NCBI GenBank assembly: GCA_003647715.1
Contig: QMNJ01000002.1
Span: forward strand, 1 to 32,441
DNA length: 32,441 bases
Direction: 5' to 3'
Origin: Candidatus Coatesbacteria bacterium
Lineage (GTDB): Bacteria > RBG-13-66-14 > B26-G2
Part shown: piece after piece, positions 16,795-25,320 of the stretch
How the letters are laid out: each line of letters begins with the position of its first letter
How positions within the stretch are numbered: the first letter of the stretch is position 1
Notes under the pieces: generated by a model
Databases searched by the model: none
Told to the model about the DNA's origin: nothing
Seen by the model: the letters and a program-made list of their open reading frames with translations, nothing else
Position numbers and translations under genes: made by a program

Positions 16795-17753
16795 TACTCC
16801 TCCTCATAATTTATGTTAAGACGACTGTGCGGATGTGCTTTATCATATTTCTCCCTTATGTCCCTCAATGAGATGTGGGTGTAGATATTAGTGGTATTGA
16901 TATTTGAGTGACCCAACAGCTCCTGTATCTCCCTTATATCTACTCCTGCTTCATAGAGGCGGGTGGCGAATGAGTGCCTGAAGGTGTGGGGCGTCACTCC
17001 GCTCAAGCCCGCCCTCTTGACATAGTTCGCTACGATATAGCGAATCATCCTGGTGGTTATTCTATTACCCCTGATATTTACGAATAGCGCAGGTGTTTCA
17101 TTTGATGCCAGTTCTCCCCTGACTTCCATATAACGGTAGAGTGCCTTAGTTGTTTTCTCACCTTTTGGAACAATCCTCGCCTTGCCCCCCTTCCCATGTT
17201 TTATATGTATGAAATCACCTCTGTTAACATCCTCAATGTCAAGACCCACTACCTCTGACGACCTTAAACCCAGTCCATACATCAACCTCATCATACACAT
17301 ATCTCTGACCTTTATTGCACCCATCTTAGGGTTTTTAATCCTTCGGGCAATATAATATTCATCTTTAAGTGGGGTCTCAACCAGTTTCTCCGCTTCATTA
17401 TGTGTTTTTATCACTGTGGGTAAGGTTCTTTCACCCCTTCTAAAGCTGATAAAGGCAGATGGATTTGTATTTATTAGCCCTTTTCTCTTAAGGAACTTGA
17501 AGAACGCCTTCAGTGCCGAGACCTTTCTCTCTACGCTTATTCTTGAAAGCCCATCTTCAAGGAGGTGGGCGATGAAGTGCCTTATGGTTATATGGTCTAT
17601 ATTATCTATTTTAACAGTGGGGTCATATATGGTGAGAAAGTCCGAGAACTGCGATAAGTCCTTTGAATATGCGACTATGGTTTTCTCCGATAGAAGAAGG
17701 TAGTTCTTCATATAATCGGTGAAACTATCAATCAAGTAGTCAATGTTGTTCAT
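16794..17753 (-). CDS. xerC: Tyrosine recombinase XerC/XerD family
   Basis: 319 aa with an N-terminal SAM-like core-binding domain and the catalytic residues R...[11 protein letters not shown]...[14 protein letters not shown]. The xerC-hslV-hslU order is as in Bacillus codV-clpQ-clpY. Confidence 0.88.
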   Translation of the reverse strand: MNNIDYLIDSFTDYMKNYLLLSEKTIVAYSKDLSQFSDFLTIYDPTVKIDNIDHITIRHFIAHLLEDGLSRISVERKVSALKAFFKFLKRKGLINTNPSAFISFRRGERTLPTVIKTHNEAEKLVETPLKDEYYIARRIKNPKMGAIKVRDMCMMRLMYGLGLRSSEVVGLDIEDVNRGDFIHIKHGKGGKARIVPKGEKTTKALYRYMEVRGELASNETPALFVNIRGNRITTRMIRYIVANYVKRAGLSGVTPHTFRHSFATRLYEAGVDIREIQELLGHSNINTTNIYTHISLRDIREKYDKAHPHSRLNINYEEE

Positions 17754-17759
17754 TTCATC

Positions 17760-17768
17760 ATTTTACCA
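17760..17768 (-). promoter_or_regulatory. Extended -10 element directly upstream of xerC (leaderless candidate)
   Basis: The minus strand reads TGgTAAAAT, then 6 nt (gatgaa), then the xerC ATG at 17753. There is no SD. Confidence 0.35.
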
Positions 17769-17834
17769 TAATAAATGTCTTTCTTTGACCTAATTGGTTT
17801 TGATTCTAAATTATCTTGGATGTTATAGGGAGGA

Positions 17835-18614
17835 TTACATTCTGAATCTCTCGCCAAGATATATCTTCCTCGCCTCCTCGTCTTTTATAAGCTCCTCCGC
17901 TGAACCGGATATTAGTATTCTGCCGTCATACATTATATATGACCTGTCGGTTATCTCCAGTGTTTCTCTCACATTATGGTCGGTGATGAGTATGCCTAGC
18001 CCCACTTTTTTTAGATGTGAGATAATGCTTTGTATGTCCTCTACTGCAATAGGGTCTATACCGGCAAATGGCTCATCAAGAAGCAGAAAATGCGGGCGTA
18101 TTACCAGTGCCCTTGTTATCTCCACCCTGCGCCTCTCACCACCTGATAGTGTGTATGCCTTCTTGTTTCTTAGGTGGCTTATGCTCAGTTCCTGCAGTAG
18201 AGCATCTAATCTCTTCTCACGCTCCTCCTTTGAAAGGGGTAGGGTTTGAAGAATCGCCAGAATGTTCTCTCTCACGGTGAGTTTTCTGAATATTGATGGC
18301 TCCTGAGATAGATAGCCAATCCCCATTCTCGCCCTCTTATACATTGGATATCTGGTAATCTCCTCCTCACCCAGAAATACCCTGCCCGAGTCAGGTTTTA
18401 TCAGCCCCACTACCATATAAAAAGTAGTTGTCTTACCTGCTCCATTGGGACCCAATAACCCTACCACCTCTCCCTTTCTGATAGTCAAGGAGACCTCATT
18501 AACTACCCTCCTCCTTCCATACTCCTTCACCAGATTTTGTGTCTTCAATAGGAGGTCTTCTGGCTTCACATCTCTATTCTTTGATTGCTCTCTTCTCTTC
18601 TTCCTCTCTGCCAT
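17835..18614 (-). CDS. lptB: LPS export ABC transporter ATP-binding protein LptB
   Basis: Walker [10 protein letters not shown], signature LSGGERRR, Walker [13 protein letters not shown] and a C-terminal RKIYLGERF motif typical of LptB. The ATG at 18614 overlaps the upstream gene by 41 nt. An in-frame GTG at 18569 would give a more typical N-terminus. Confidence 0.92.
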   Translation of the reverse strand: MAERKKRREQSKNRDVKPEDLLLKTQNLVKEYGRRRVVNEVSLTIRKGEVVGLLGPNGAGKTTTFYMVVGLIKPDSGRVFLGEEEITRYPMYKRARMGIGYLSQEPSIFRKLTVRENILAILQTLPLSKEEREKRLDALLQELSISHLRNKKAYTLSGGERRRVEITRALVIRPHFLLLDEPFAGIDPIAVEDIQSIISHLKKVGLGILITDHNVRETLEITDRSYIMYDGRILISGSAEELIKDEEARKIYLGERFRM

Positions 18615-19824
18615 GGTAGTATATTCCCTTCGCTTTCCCCCTTATTATAATCTTATCCACCTCATTATCGGCAATAAATATTACCATCACATCGCCATAC
18701 ACCCTGGTCTGACCACCTTCCTTACCAGGGTCATAGAAACCGCTGACATCACCCGTAATCCTTATTCTTTCAACCTGCTCATCTCTCAGCGATACATCAA
18801 TCCTATTACCACTTGCGAAGACCCTCTCATCAGTTGGTTCACCATTTTCATAGGGATAGTATATTCCCTCTGCATTGCCCTCAATCAACACTCTGACCAC
18901 CTCGCCGTCCTCAAAGTATGCTGTCATCACATCTCCGTATGTATCTACTCTGCCAGTGGTCTTCTTTTCTCCCTTGTTTTCTATACCTTCCTCTGTTGTT
19001 TCTTCCTCGCCTGTTTCTTCTTCTCTCTCCATTCTCACTTCTTCCGGGACAGTTATTGATGGTGGGGTTGGCGTGATGTATTCTTCGCCCGGGTTGGATG
19101 GTTCTTCAATGTTTTCTCCTGTTTCATCTGTTATTTTGTTGCCATCCATATTATCTTCAACTTTTTCTTTCTCTTCTCTGGTGTAATATATCATCCTGCT
19201 TCCACCATCAATGAATATCTTATCCACCTCATCATCTTTAATATAAAGGGTTATGACCTCTCCTGCAAGTCGGCTCTCATCCTGCCATGCTACTGGGTCA
19301 CCCTCCAGCACAATCGTTTCCTCCTTGCCATAGTAGGTGGCGAGGTCGCACTGGGCGATTATATCCTGGTAATATATCCATACATTCCCCCTCGCAATAC
19401 CAATATCATCCTCTGAGAACATCTCCATCAACTGCGATTCTACCCTGATTGGTTCCTCCTCCTTTTTGATTGTCAATATCGGTGTTTGGGTGGCTATGGA
19501 GTGCTTGTCATTCTTGTGATATTCAACATAGCCCGCTGTGAGGTGATAACCCTTGTCAGGGTCGTCTATTACCACATTCTTCTCCAGTATTGCCAGGTCC
19601 TGCTTCTCATAAGAGGTGCCCTTATCACAGGTGATGACCAATTTGCCATGGGTTATTTTAACATTCCCGGTGCCTATTATTACCCTCTCCTCTCCCTCCA
19701 TTATGCCCTCAGTTTTATCTGCCTCAATAATATATTTTTCTTTCTCACCTTCCTGCGTTAAGATTTTACTCGCTGGAACAAACACTAAAGATAATAACAG
19801 TATGAGTTTGAGGGTGTAATTCAT
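18574..19824 (-). CDS. Extended LptA/OstA-family periplasmic protein (multi-module, acidic linker)
   Basis: 416 aa with a signal peptide and an OstA-like N-terminal region ([34 protein letters not shown]). It lies between lptC and lptB. A roughly 30-aa motif repeats three times and there is an acidic low-complexity linker (aa 216-290). Confidence 0.7.
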   Translation of the reverse strand: MNYTLKLILLLSLVFVPASKILTQEGEKEKYIIEADKTEGIMEGEERVIIGTGNVKITHGKLVITCDKGTSYEKQDLAILEKNVVIDDPDKGYHLTAGYVEYHKNDKHSIATQTPILTIKKEEEPIRVESQLMEMFSEDDIGIARGNVWIYYQDIIAQCDLATYYGKEETIVLEGDPVAWQDESRLAGEVITLYIKDDEVDKIFIDGGSRMIYYTREEKEKVEDNMDGNKITDETGENIEEPSNPGEEYITPTPPSITVPEEVRMEREEETGEEETTEEGIENKGEKKTTGRVDTYGDVMTAYFEDGEVVRVLIEGNAEGIYYPYENGEPTDERVFASGNRIDVSLRDEQVERIRITGDVSGFYDPGKEGGQTRVYGDVMVIFIADNEVDKIIIRGKAKGIYYHGREEEEKRAIKE

Positions 19825-19840
19825 GTGATGGTTGTTATCT

Positions 19841-20398
19841 CTACTCCTCTTCTTCTGTATAGATTGATACCTCCTCGTCGGTTAGATGCCCTACCATTCG
19901 TGATGTAATGAAGTTGTTTAAATCAGGGTCTGACTCAAACCCTATGCCGTATATAACCGATTCCTTCTTGGTGAAGCGAACCTTTTCGTCGCTTCTTATG
20001 TGTTTGTCAAATGCATCCCACCTCAGTTTGGAGGTCTCCAGTTTGGTTCCATCCGACGCAACGACTACTACATTGCTGTATGCGACCATATCATGACTTC
20101 CAAGGTCTATAGTCCCCCAATCTGCTGTGAGGGTTGATGAACGCTCTCCCTCTTTATAGAACTCAATTGTGATGTTCACTACCTTTGCCACTTTCTTCTT
20201 CTCATATATATCGGCATAGTCAGCAAACAAACGCCACTCTATATTGCCCTTGATGGATTCAACGAGGGTGAAGTTCTCAATCCTCTGGTCGGGTGCTCTA
20301 TCTTCTATCTGTCTGCCAACTCCTTCTGTTTCTCTTTCACAGAATAGTAGTGTTAGAGCCATAATTAGGAAGATTACTATGAGATTTCTGATATTCAT
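19841..20398 (-). CDS. lptC: LPS export system protein LptC
   Basis: I chose the ATG at 20398 (MNIRNLIVIFLIMALTLLF...), which gives a single N-terminal TM anchor plus an LptC-like beta-jellyroll. The ORF-track start at 20485 is a TTG that would overlap the upstream gene. Confidence 0.75.
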   Translation of the reverse strand: MNIRNLIVIFLIMALTLLFCERETEGVGRQIEDRAPDQRIENFTLVESIKGNIEWRLFADYADIYEKKKVAKVVNITIEFYKEGERSSTLTADWGTIDLGSHDMVAYSNVVVVASDGTKLETSKLRWDAFDKHIRSDEKVRFTKKESVIYGIGFESDPDLNNFITSRMVGHLTDEEVSIYTEEEE

Positions 20399-20438
20399 AT
20401 TTAGTGTAATCAAGTTCTGTCTTCCAGTTAAATAATAT

Positions 20439-21266
20439 TTAGTGCATTGACTTTGCAGCATCAAGGTTCTGCTGGGCGATATCAAGGGCGCTTTTATCCT
20501 TCACACCTGGTGCAAGCTCAACTGCCCTTTCAAGATGTTCTATTGCCTTCTCCCTATTTCTTACTCTGATGTATGATAGACCAATGTTATTGTGAAGCCA
20601 GAAGTAATCAGGCATTATCTGAAGCGCTTTCTTATACATATCTATCGCCTTGTTGTGGTCGCCTAGTTCCTGGTAGCAGGCACCGGCGAAGAACAGTGCC
20701 CATCCATACTGTTTGCCCTTTTCTCCCTCTTTCTCGTATGTCTCTAACGACTTCAATAGATATGGCAGGGATTTCTTGAAGTTCTTTTCGTCGTAGAATG
20801 ACTTACCCAATTTATAGTAATCGTATGCGGGCATTCCATTGGGAACATCACCCAGGTCAAATGAGATATTGGTAGCAGTAGAGGTTCCACCACCGGCTGG
20901 TTTACCAAATTCTATATAACCTCCAAAGACCCAACCCTCGTCTCCTGTTTCCGTTCTAACTCTATACCATGGTGCTGTAATGTTGTCTATGGTATCCTGT
21001 GTATCTGATTTCTCAAGAACTTTAACAGGCATATCCTTTCCAAGCACGGTTATAATCTTCCCGTCAAGGGATGGCTGGGAGCGGAGGTTCAGGGGTCCCG
21101 CCGATACATATGCCTCGTCCGTCTCCTCTATTACAGGTTTCTCTTCCGTCTTTATCTCACCGATGGTCTCTCTTTCGGCTTCCTTCTTCTTGCACGACAT
21201 TGTGATAACAAAGGAGATAGATATGAACATTATTAGAATTAATCTAAAGCCATCTTTTATCTTCAT
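20439..21266 (-). CDS. Exported SH3b-domain plus TPR protein
   Basis: ATG at 21266, 6 nt after AAGGAGG; the track start at 21272 is a TTG. It has a signal or lipoprotein-like N-terminus (...VITMSC), an SH3b-like segment (LNLRSQPSLDGKII...WYRVRTETGDEGWVFGGYI) and C-terminal TPR units. Confidence 0.75.
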   Translation of the reverse strand: MKIKDGFRLILIMFISISFVITMSCKKKEAERETIGEIKTEEKPVIEETDEAYVSAGPLNLRSQPSLDGKIITVLGKDMPVKVLEKSDTQDTIDNITAPWYRVRTETGDEGWVFGGYIEFGKPAGGGTSTATNISFDLGDVPNGMPAYDYYKLGKSFYDEKNFKKSLPYLLKSLETYEKEGEKGKQYGWALFFAGACYQELGDHNKAIDMYKKALQIMPDYFWLHNNIGLSYIRVRNREKAIEHLERAVELAPGVKDKSALDIAQQNLDAAKSMH

Positions 21267-21291
21267 TTCCAACCTCCTTTTAATATAATAA

Positions 21292-21300
21292 TTTATAACA
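21292..21300 (-). promoter_or_regulatory. Extended -10 element for the SH3/TPR-lptCAB string
   Basis: The minus strand reads TGtTATAAA, about 19 nt upstream of the ATG, with the SD in between. Confidence 0.3.
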
Positions 21301-21326
21301 CATATTTAATCTATCAAAAACCGTTG

Positions 21327-21355
21327 TTGAATTTGAGCGTCCAATGTATTAGATT
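21327..21355 (+). promoter_or_regulatory. Candidate serS promoter
   Basis: TTGAAT (21327-21332), a 17-nt spacer, then TAGATT (21350-21355). The ATG lies 14 nt downstream with no SD. Confidence 0.35.
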
Positions 21356-21369
21356 TATGGTTATTTGAA

Positions 21370-22638
21370 ATGCTGGATATAAGGTTTATAGAGGATAATA
21401 TTGAACTTGTGAAAGACATCACCCTCAGAAAGGGCTATGATGTCAATGTTGACCATTTGATAGAGATGGTTCGTAGTAGACGAAAGTATATATTTAACCT
21501 GGATAACCTCCGTTCTGAGAGAAATAGGAAATCAAAAGAGGTTAGTAGATTGAAGAGGGCGGGCGAAGATGCCGGTAGAATAATAGAAGATGTGCGAAGG
21601 ATAGGTAGTGATATAAAGGCACTGGAAGAGAAGGTTGGTGAGCTGGAAAATAATATTGCTGAGATAGCATTCAAGATACCCAATATACCGCATTTCAGTG
21701 TCCCTGAGGGTAATGATGAAGATGAAAACCTTGAGATAAGAAGATGGGGAAAACCACCTGAATTTGATTTCAAATATAGACCCCACTGGGAGATTGGCGA
21801 AATGTTAGGGATACTTGACTTTAAGCGTGCATCCAAGATAGCTGGCTCTATGTTTGCTGTCTATACAGGTCTCGGCGCTCGTCTGGAGAGGGCTCTTTTG
21901 AACTTCTTTTTAGATATGAATGTTAAGAGGGGGTATAAAGAGATATTCTGCCCCTATCTGGTCAACCGCGATTCTATTACGGGAACTGGACAGTTACCAC
22001 ACCTTGAGGACGATATGTATCATCTGGATAATCCCGATTATTTTCTTATCCCCACTGCGGAGGTTTCGGTGACCAGTTTGCACAAGGATGAAACCTTCAG
22101 CGAAGAGGACCTACCTATATATCATGCTTCTTATAGCGCATGCTTCAGAAAAGAGGCGGGTGCACATGGCAGGGAGACCAGGGGATTGATGAGGATGCAT
22201 CAATTCAATAAAGTGGAGTTAGTAAAGTTCACAACGCAGGAGACATCTTATGATGAACTGGAAGGTCTTGTGAGTGATGCGGAGGCGCTTCTCCAGGCGC
22301 TTGAACTGCCCTATCGTGTGACCAAGCTATGTATTGGTGAATTGTCTTTTGCAGCTGCTATGTGCTATGACCTGGAGGTGTGGATACCCAGTGAGGGCAG
22401 GTATCGTGAGGTATCATCTTGTTCTAACTTTGAAGAGTTCCAGGCAAGGCGCTTGAGAATAAGATATAAGCCAAAGGGAGGGAGGCAGTCCAAGTTTGTT
22501 CATACTTTGAACGGGAGCGGACTAGCCCTGTCAAGAACCCTGCTGGCAATACTGGAGAACTTCCAGCAGGAAGATGGTTCGGTTATATTACCAAAGGCAT
22601 TGGTGCCATATATGGATGGCTTGAAGAAGATAGGATGA
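21370..22638 (+). CDS. serS: Seryl-tRNA synthetase
   Basis: 422 aa with an N-terminal coiled-coil arm and class II motifs (FRKEAGAHGRETRGLMRMHQFNKVE; GSGLALSRTLLAILEN). Confidence 0.96.
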   Translation: MLDIRFIEDNIELVKDITLRKGYDVNVDHLIEMVRSRRKYIFNLDNLRSERNRKSKEVSRLKRAGEDAGRIIEDVRRIGSDIKALEEKVGELENNIAEIAFKIPNIPHFSVPEGNDEDENLEIRRWGKPPEFDFKYRPHWEIGEMLGILDFKRASKIAGSMFAVYTGLGARLERALLNFFLDMNVKRGYKEIFCPYLVNRDSITGTGQLPHLEDDMYHLDNPDYFLIPTAEVSVTSLHKDETFSEEDLPIYHASYSACFRKEAGAHGRETRGLMRMHQFNKVELVKFTTQETSYDELEGLVSDAEALLQALELPYRVTKLCIGELSFAAAMCYDLEVWIPSEGRYREVSSCSNFEEFQARRLRIRYKPKGGRQSKFVHTLNGSGLALSRTLLAILENFQQEDGSVILPKALVPYMDGLKKIG

Positions 22639-22671
22639 TTTTATAGAAATTGTAGTTCAGGAGATATAAGT

Positions 22672-23664
22672 ATGGCAAAGAATAGTTTATCATTTGCTAC
22701 GAAGATGGTAGCAAGGGGATTTAAGAGCTATTTCGTTGACAGACCGATGGTTATCTCATTTGAGGTGACCCATAACTGCGTTTGCAGGTGCCTGCATTGT
22801 GATAAGGGTGGACCCAGCCCAGGTGAGGTCAGAATGAGACCAGAGGATTATGTAAAATTCCTTGATATGTATTACCCCGTATCTGTGCAGTTATCGGGTG
22901 GTGAACCGCTATGCAGGGATGACATTTATGAGGTAGTAGAAGCGATAAAGACATGGAAGAAAACACCACCCTATATGGTATTTGTCACCAATGGGGCGCT
23001 TCTTACTGAAGAGAAGTATAAGAGGTTAGCAGGTCTTGGCGTTGACCAGCTTTCTATATCGCTTGACTTCCCAGATGAGCGCCACGATAGTTTTAGACAA
23101 TACAGGGGGTTGTATAAGCACTTGTCTGAACTGGTTCCGAGGATTGCGGATTTGAAACTTACAGATATCGTCTTGAATATGGCAATCACCAGAGCGAACT
23201 TTAGAGAGGTTCTACCAATGGTTGAGAGGGCGTCTGAATGGGGGGTATCAATATCATATAGTGCTTATTCAATACTGAGGACAGGCGACCCGAAATACTG
23301 TATCAGCGATGAGGGGGAGTTGGAATTGTTGAAGAGGGATATATTGAAATTAATAGATATGAAGAGGGATGGTAAGCCGATAAGAAACCCTGACCGTGTT
23401 CTATGGGGCACTTATGAGTTCTTCAGGGACGGTGGAAAGCCAGATTGTAGAGCAGGGGTTCGTTTCTTTGTTGTGAGACCAGACGGTAAGATAAATCCCT
23501 GCTCAATGCACCCTAATGCAATCTACGAAACCCAGGAAGAGGCAATCCGTGATTTCTCATCTCGCAATCGTTGTGATAAGTGCTATGTAGCCATAAGGGC
23601 TTACTCAGATGGTGGGTTCTTTGACCTGTTAGGGGATTCAGTTGCGACATATTTTAATAGATAG
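22672..23664 (+). CDS. Radical SAM enzyme of unknown function (Cys-rich C-terminal region)
   Basis: 330 aa with a CX3CX2C motif (CVCRCLHC) and a GGEPL SAM-binding motif. Extra C-terminal cysteines (CRAG...PCSMH...CDKCY) suggest an auxiliary cluster. AGGAG SD upstream. Confidence 0.8.
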   Translation: MAKNSLSFATKMVARGFKSYFVDRPMVISFEVTHNCVCRCLHCDKGGPSPGEVRMRPEDYVKFLDMYYPVSVQLSGGEPLCRDDIYEVVEAIKTWKKTPPYMVFVTNGALLTEEKYKRLAGLGVDQLSISLDFPDERHDSFRQYRGLYKHLSELVPRIADLKLTDIVLNMAITRANFREVLPMVERASEWGVSISYSAYSILRTGDPKYCISDEGELELLKRDILKLIDMKRDGKPIRNPDRVLWGTYEFFRDGGKPDCRAGVRFFVVRPDGKINPCSMHPNAIYETQEEAIRDFSSRNRCDKCYVAIRAYSDGGFFDLLGDSVATYFNR

Positions 23665-23673
23665 CAAGTAGAG

Positions 23674-23702
23674 TTTAATTTCATTATTTTGTAAGATATA
23701 AT
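23674..23702 (+). promoter_or_regulatory. Candidate promoter for the tRNA pair
   Basis: A weak -35 TTTAAT (23674-23679), a 17-nt spacer, then a perfect TATAAT (23697-23702), 10 nt before the tRNA-Arg 5' end. Confidence 0.5.
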
Positions 23703-23712
23703 ATGGACGAAA

Positions 23713-23786
23713 GCCCCCGTAGCTCAGCTGGAGAGAGCAACGGACTTCTAATCCGTGGGTCAGAGGTTCGAATCCTCTCGGGGGTA
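23713..23786 (+). tRNA. tRNA-Arg (anticodon UCU)
   Basis: Hand-folded cloverleaf of 74 nt. Acceptor GCCCCCG/CGGGGGT, D-stem GCTC/GAGC, anticodon stem ACGGA/TCCGT with loop CTTCTAA, variable loop GGGTC, T-arm AGAGG-TTCGAAT-CCTCT, discriminator A. No CCA is encoded. Confidence 0.9.
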
Positions 23787-23794
23787 TATTTTAT

Positions 23795-23870
23795 GGTGGG
23801 CGTAGCTCAATGGCAGAGCACCGGACTGTGGATCCGGTTGTTAGGGGTTCAAATCCCCTCGTCCACCCCA
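23795..23870 (+). tRNA. tRNA-His (anticodon GUG), with encoded G-1 and CCA
   Basis: Acceptor GTGGGCG/CGTCCAC with an extra 5' G (23795) opposite C73. Anticodon stem CCGGA/TCCGG with loop CTGTGGA, T-arm AGGGG-TTCAAAT-CCCCT, and a CCA at 23868-23870. It starts 8 nt after tRNA-Arg. Confidence 0.9.
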
Positions 23871-23994
23871 CATTTTATGTAATACCTAGATGTAATACAT
23901 TTTAGATTTATTTGCCAAAGTGAACTATGTTGTTATGAAAAACAGATTTGGGAAAGGGATAGATGGTCTATAAGAGTGTATCCAAATTAAATGC

Positions 23995-24023
23995 TTTACA
24001 TCTCAGTTTTGTCCTATTAGAAT
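23995..24023 (+). promoter_or_regulatory. Candidate promoter of the DUF4476-type gene
   Basis: TTTACA (23995-24000), a 17-nt spacer, then TAGAAT (24018-24023). This predicts a leader of about 30 nt carrying AAGAGGAGG. Confidence 0.55.
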
Positions 24024-24060
24024 GTTTGCGGTTTTAGGTTTCTAAGAGGAGGTGTTTTTG

Positions 24061-24642
24061 ATGAAAAAATTATGTATTGTGTTTTTGGTAATGGTTGTAA
24101 TTGCTTTTATGGAACCGCTTGTATTTGCAGAGTGGGAAACGAGCATCGTTTCAACGAAATCCATCGTGGAAGACGATGTTGATTTATATCTTACACACAT
24201 TCAGAAGATGACCAGTGATATAGACATATTGATGGAACTCGTCTCCAGTAAGTATGTCAGATATAATGTCCGTTCCAGGCTTAAGTTGATTAATAGCGAC
24301 ATACGGGATATAAGGCGGATTATCGGTGGTGGTGTTATTAAAAGATGGCTACCTATGAGCGAGGACGCCTTTGACAAATTGATTGCAACCCTTGAAGAAG
24401 CTTCCTTTGAAGACGACATGCTCAATATACTAAGAGGTATCTCATCTAAAAATTACTTCACCTGTAGTCAAGTAAAGAGGATTATGGATGTCTTTGAGTT
24501 CTCGGAAGGAAAAATATCAGCATTTAGTATATTATATAAGCATATTATTGACCCTGAGAATATTTCTGTTGTATATACTTCACTTGATTTCTCCAGTGAT
24601 AAAGACAGGATAAGCGAGATTATTGAAGACATGTCTGAGTAG
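24061..24642 (+). CDS. Secreted DUF4476-type protein
   Basis: ATG at 24061, 8 nt after AAGAGGAGG; the ORF-track start at 24052 is a GTG inside the SD. It has a signal peptide (MKKLCIVFLVMVVIAFMEPLVFA). The C-terminal half matches the DUF4476 pattern as I recall it (MSEDAF..L...LEEASFEDD.L..L......NYFTCSQVKRIM..F.F...K......LY..I.DPEN......SLDFSSDKD.I...I). Confidence 0.7.
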   Translation: MKKLCIVFLVMVVIAFMEPLVFAEWETSIVSTKSIVEDDVDLYLTHIQKMTSDIDILMELVSSKYVRYNVRSRLKLINSDIRDIRRIIGGGVIKRWLPMSEDAFDKLIATLEEASFEDDMLNILRGISSKNYFTCSQVKRIMDVFEFSEGKISAFSILYKHIIDPENISVVYTSLDFSSDKDRISEIIEDMSE

Positions 24643-24727
24643 AAGATTCCTATATAAAAATTATAAAATAGATGTTATCAATCAAGTTAGAAGTAATCTT
24701 TATTTGTTATTTGCCTTATTTATTGTG

Positions 24728-24756
24728 TTGAAATTTGGTTTTCAATCTGTTATATT
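24728..24756 (+). promoter_or_regulatory. Candidate promoter of the hdr-flx operon (near-leaderless)
   Basis: TTGAAA (24728-24733), a 17-nt spacer, then TATATT (24751-24756). The hdrC ATG at 24766 lies only 9 nt after the -10, and there is no SD. Confidence 0.55.
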
Positions 24757-24765
24757 ATTCACAAT

Positions 24766-25320
24766 ATGGCTGAAACCCTGAGTAATAAAAACCTTCATTA
24801 TGAGTTCAGAAGAGAGCTCTATGATATATCGGGCGAAAACATAGAGCGTTGTTATCAGTGTGGGAAGTGCACTGCGGGTTGTCCCATTGCGTTCGCTATG
24901 GATTTAGGTCCCGGGCGTCTTATACGATACCTGCAATTAGGCCTAATTGACGAAGCATTAAACTCTAACACCTACTGGCTTTGTTCTAATTGTTTGACTT
25001 GTTCAACCCGATGCCCTCGTGAGATAGATATTGCCAACCTGATGGATGGTCTTAGAAACATTGCCTTCAAAAGAGATATAAAGCCCTCTGACCCCTCTGT
25101 AAAGAACTTTACCAGGGTCTTTCTTTATGTGATAAAGAATTTCGGCAGGATGTTTGAGGTCGCCTTTGTTATATTCAACAATCTTGTTAATTTGAATCCA
25201 TTGAAGGATATGACAAAGGCGCCTATGATGTTATTGAAGGGTAAGATATCACTGTATCCATCAAGGTTTGAAGGAAGTGGTCGTGTAAAGGAGATAATGG
25301 AGAGGTGGGAGAAGAACTGA
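24766..25320 (+). CDS. hdrC: Heterodisulfide reductase subunit C
   Basis: 184 aa with two [4Fe-4S] motifs, CYQCGKCTAGCP and CSNCLTCSTRCP. It lies immediately upstream of hdrB and hdrA. Confidence 0.88.
   Translation: MAETLSNKNLHYEFRRELYDISGENIERCYQCGKCTAGCPIAFAMDLGPGRLIRYLQLGLIDEALNSNTYWLCSNCLTCSTRCPREIDIANLMDGLRNIAFKRDIKPSDPSVKNFTRVFLYVIKNFGRMFEVAFVIFNNLVNLNPLKDMTKAPMMLLKGKISLYPSRFEGSGRVKEIMERWEKN

Noticed and set aside
16794-17753. The tyrosine recombinase as a marker of an integrated mobile element
   Set aside because: It is translationally coupled to hslV (TAATG overlap) in the conserved xerC/codV-hslV-hslU arrangement. It is not next to a tRNA, and no flanking direct repeats or phage or IS genes are present.
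23935-23973. A 12-aa mini-ORF (MKNRFGKGIDGL) between tRNA-His and the DUF4476 promoter
   Set aside because: It has no SD or promoter context and lies upstream of the predicted promoter. At this length it is indistinguishable from chance.
23713-24765. A tRNA-His-adjacent genomic islet carrying the DUF4476 gene
   Set aside because: I could find no copy of the tRNA-His 3' end (att-like direct repeat) downstream of the gene. There is no integrase, and the segment holds a single gene. The AT-richness is judged by eye only.
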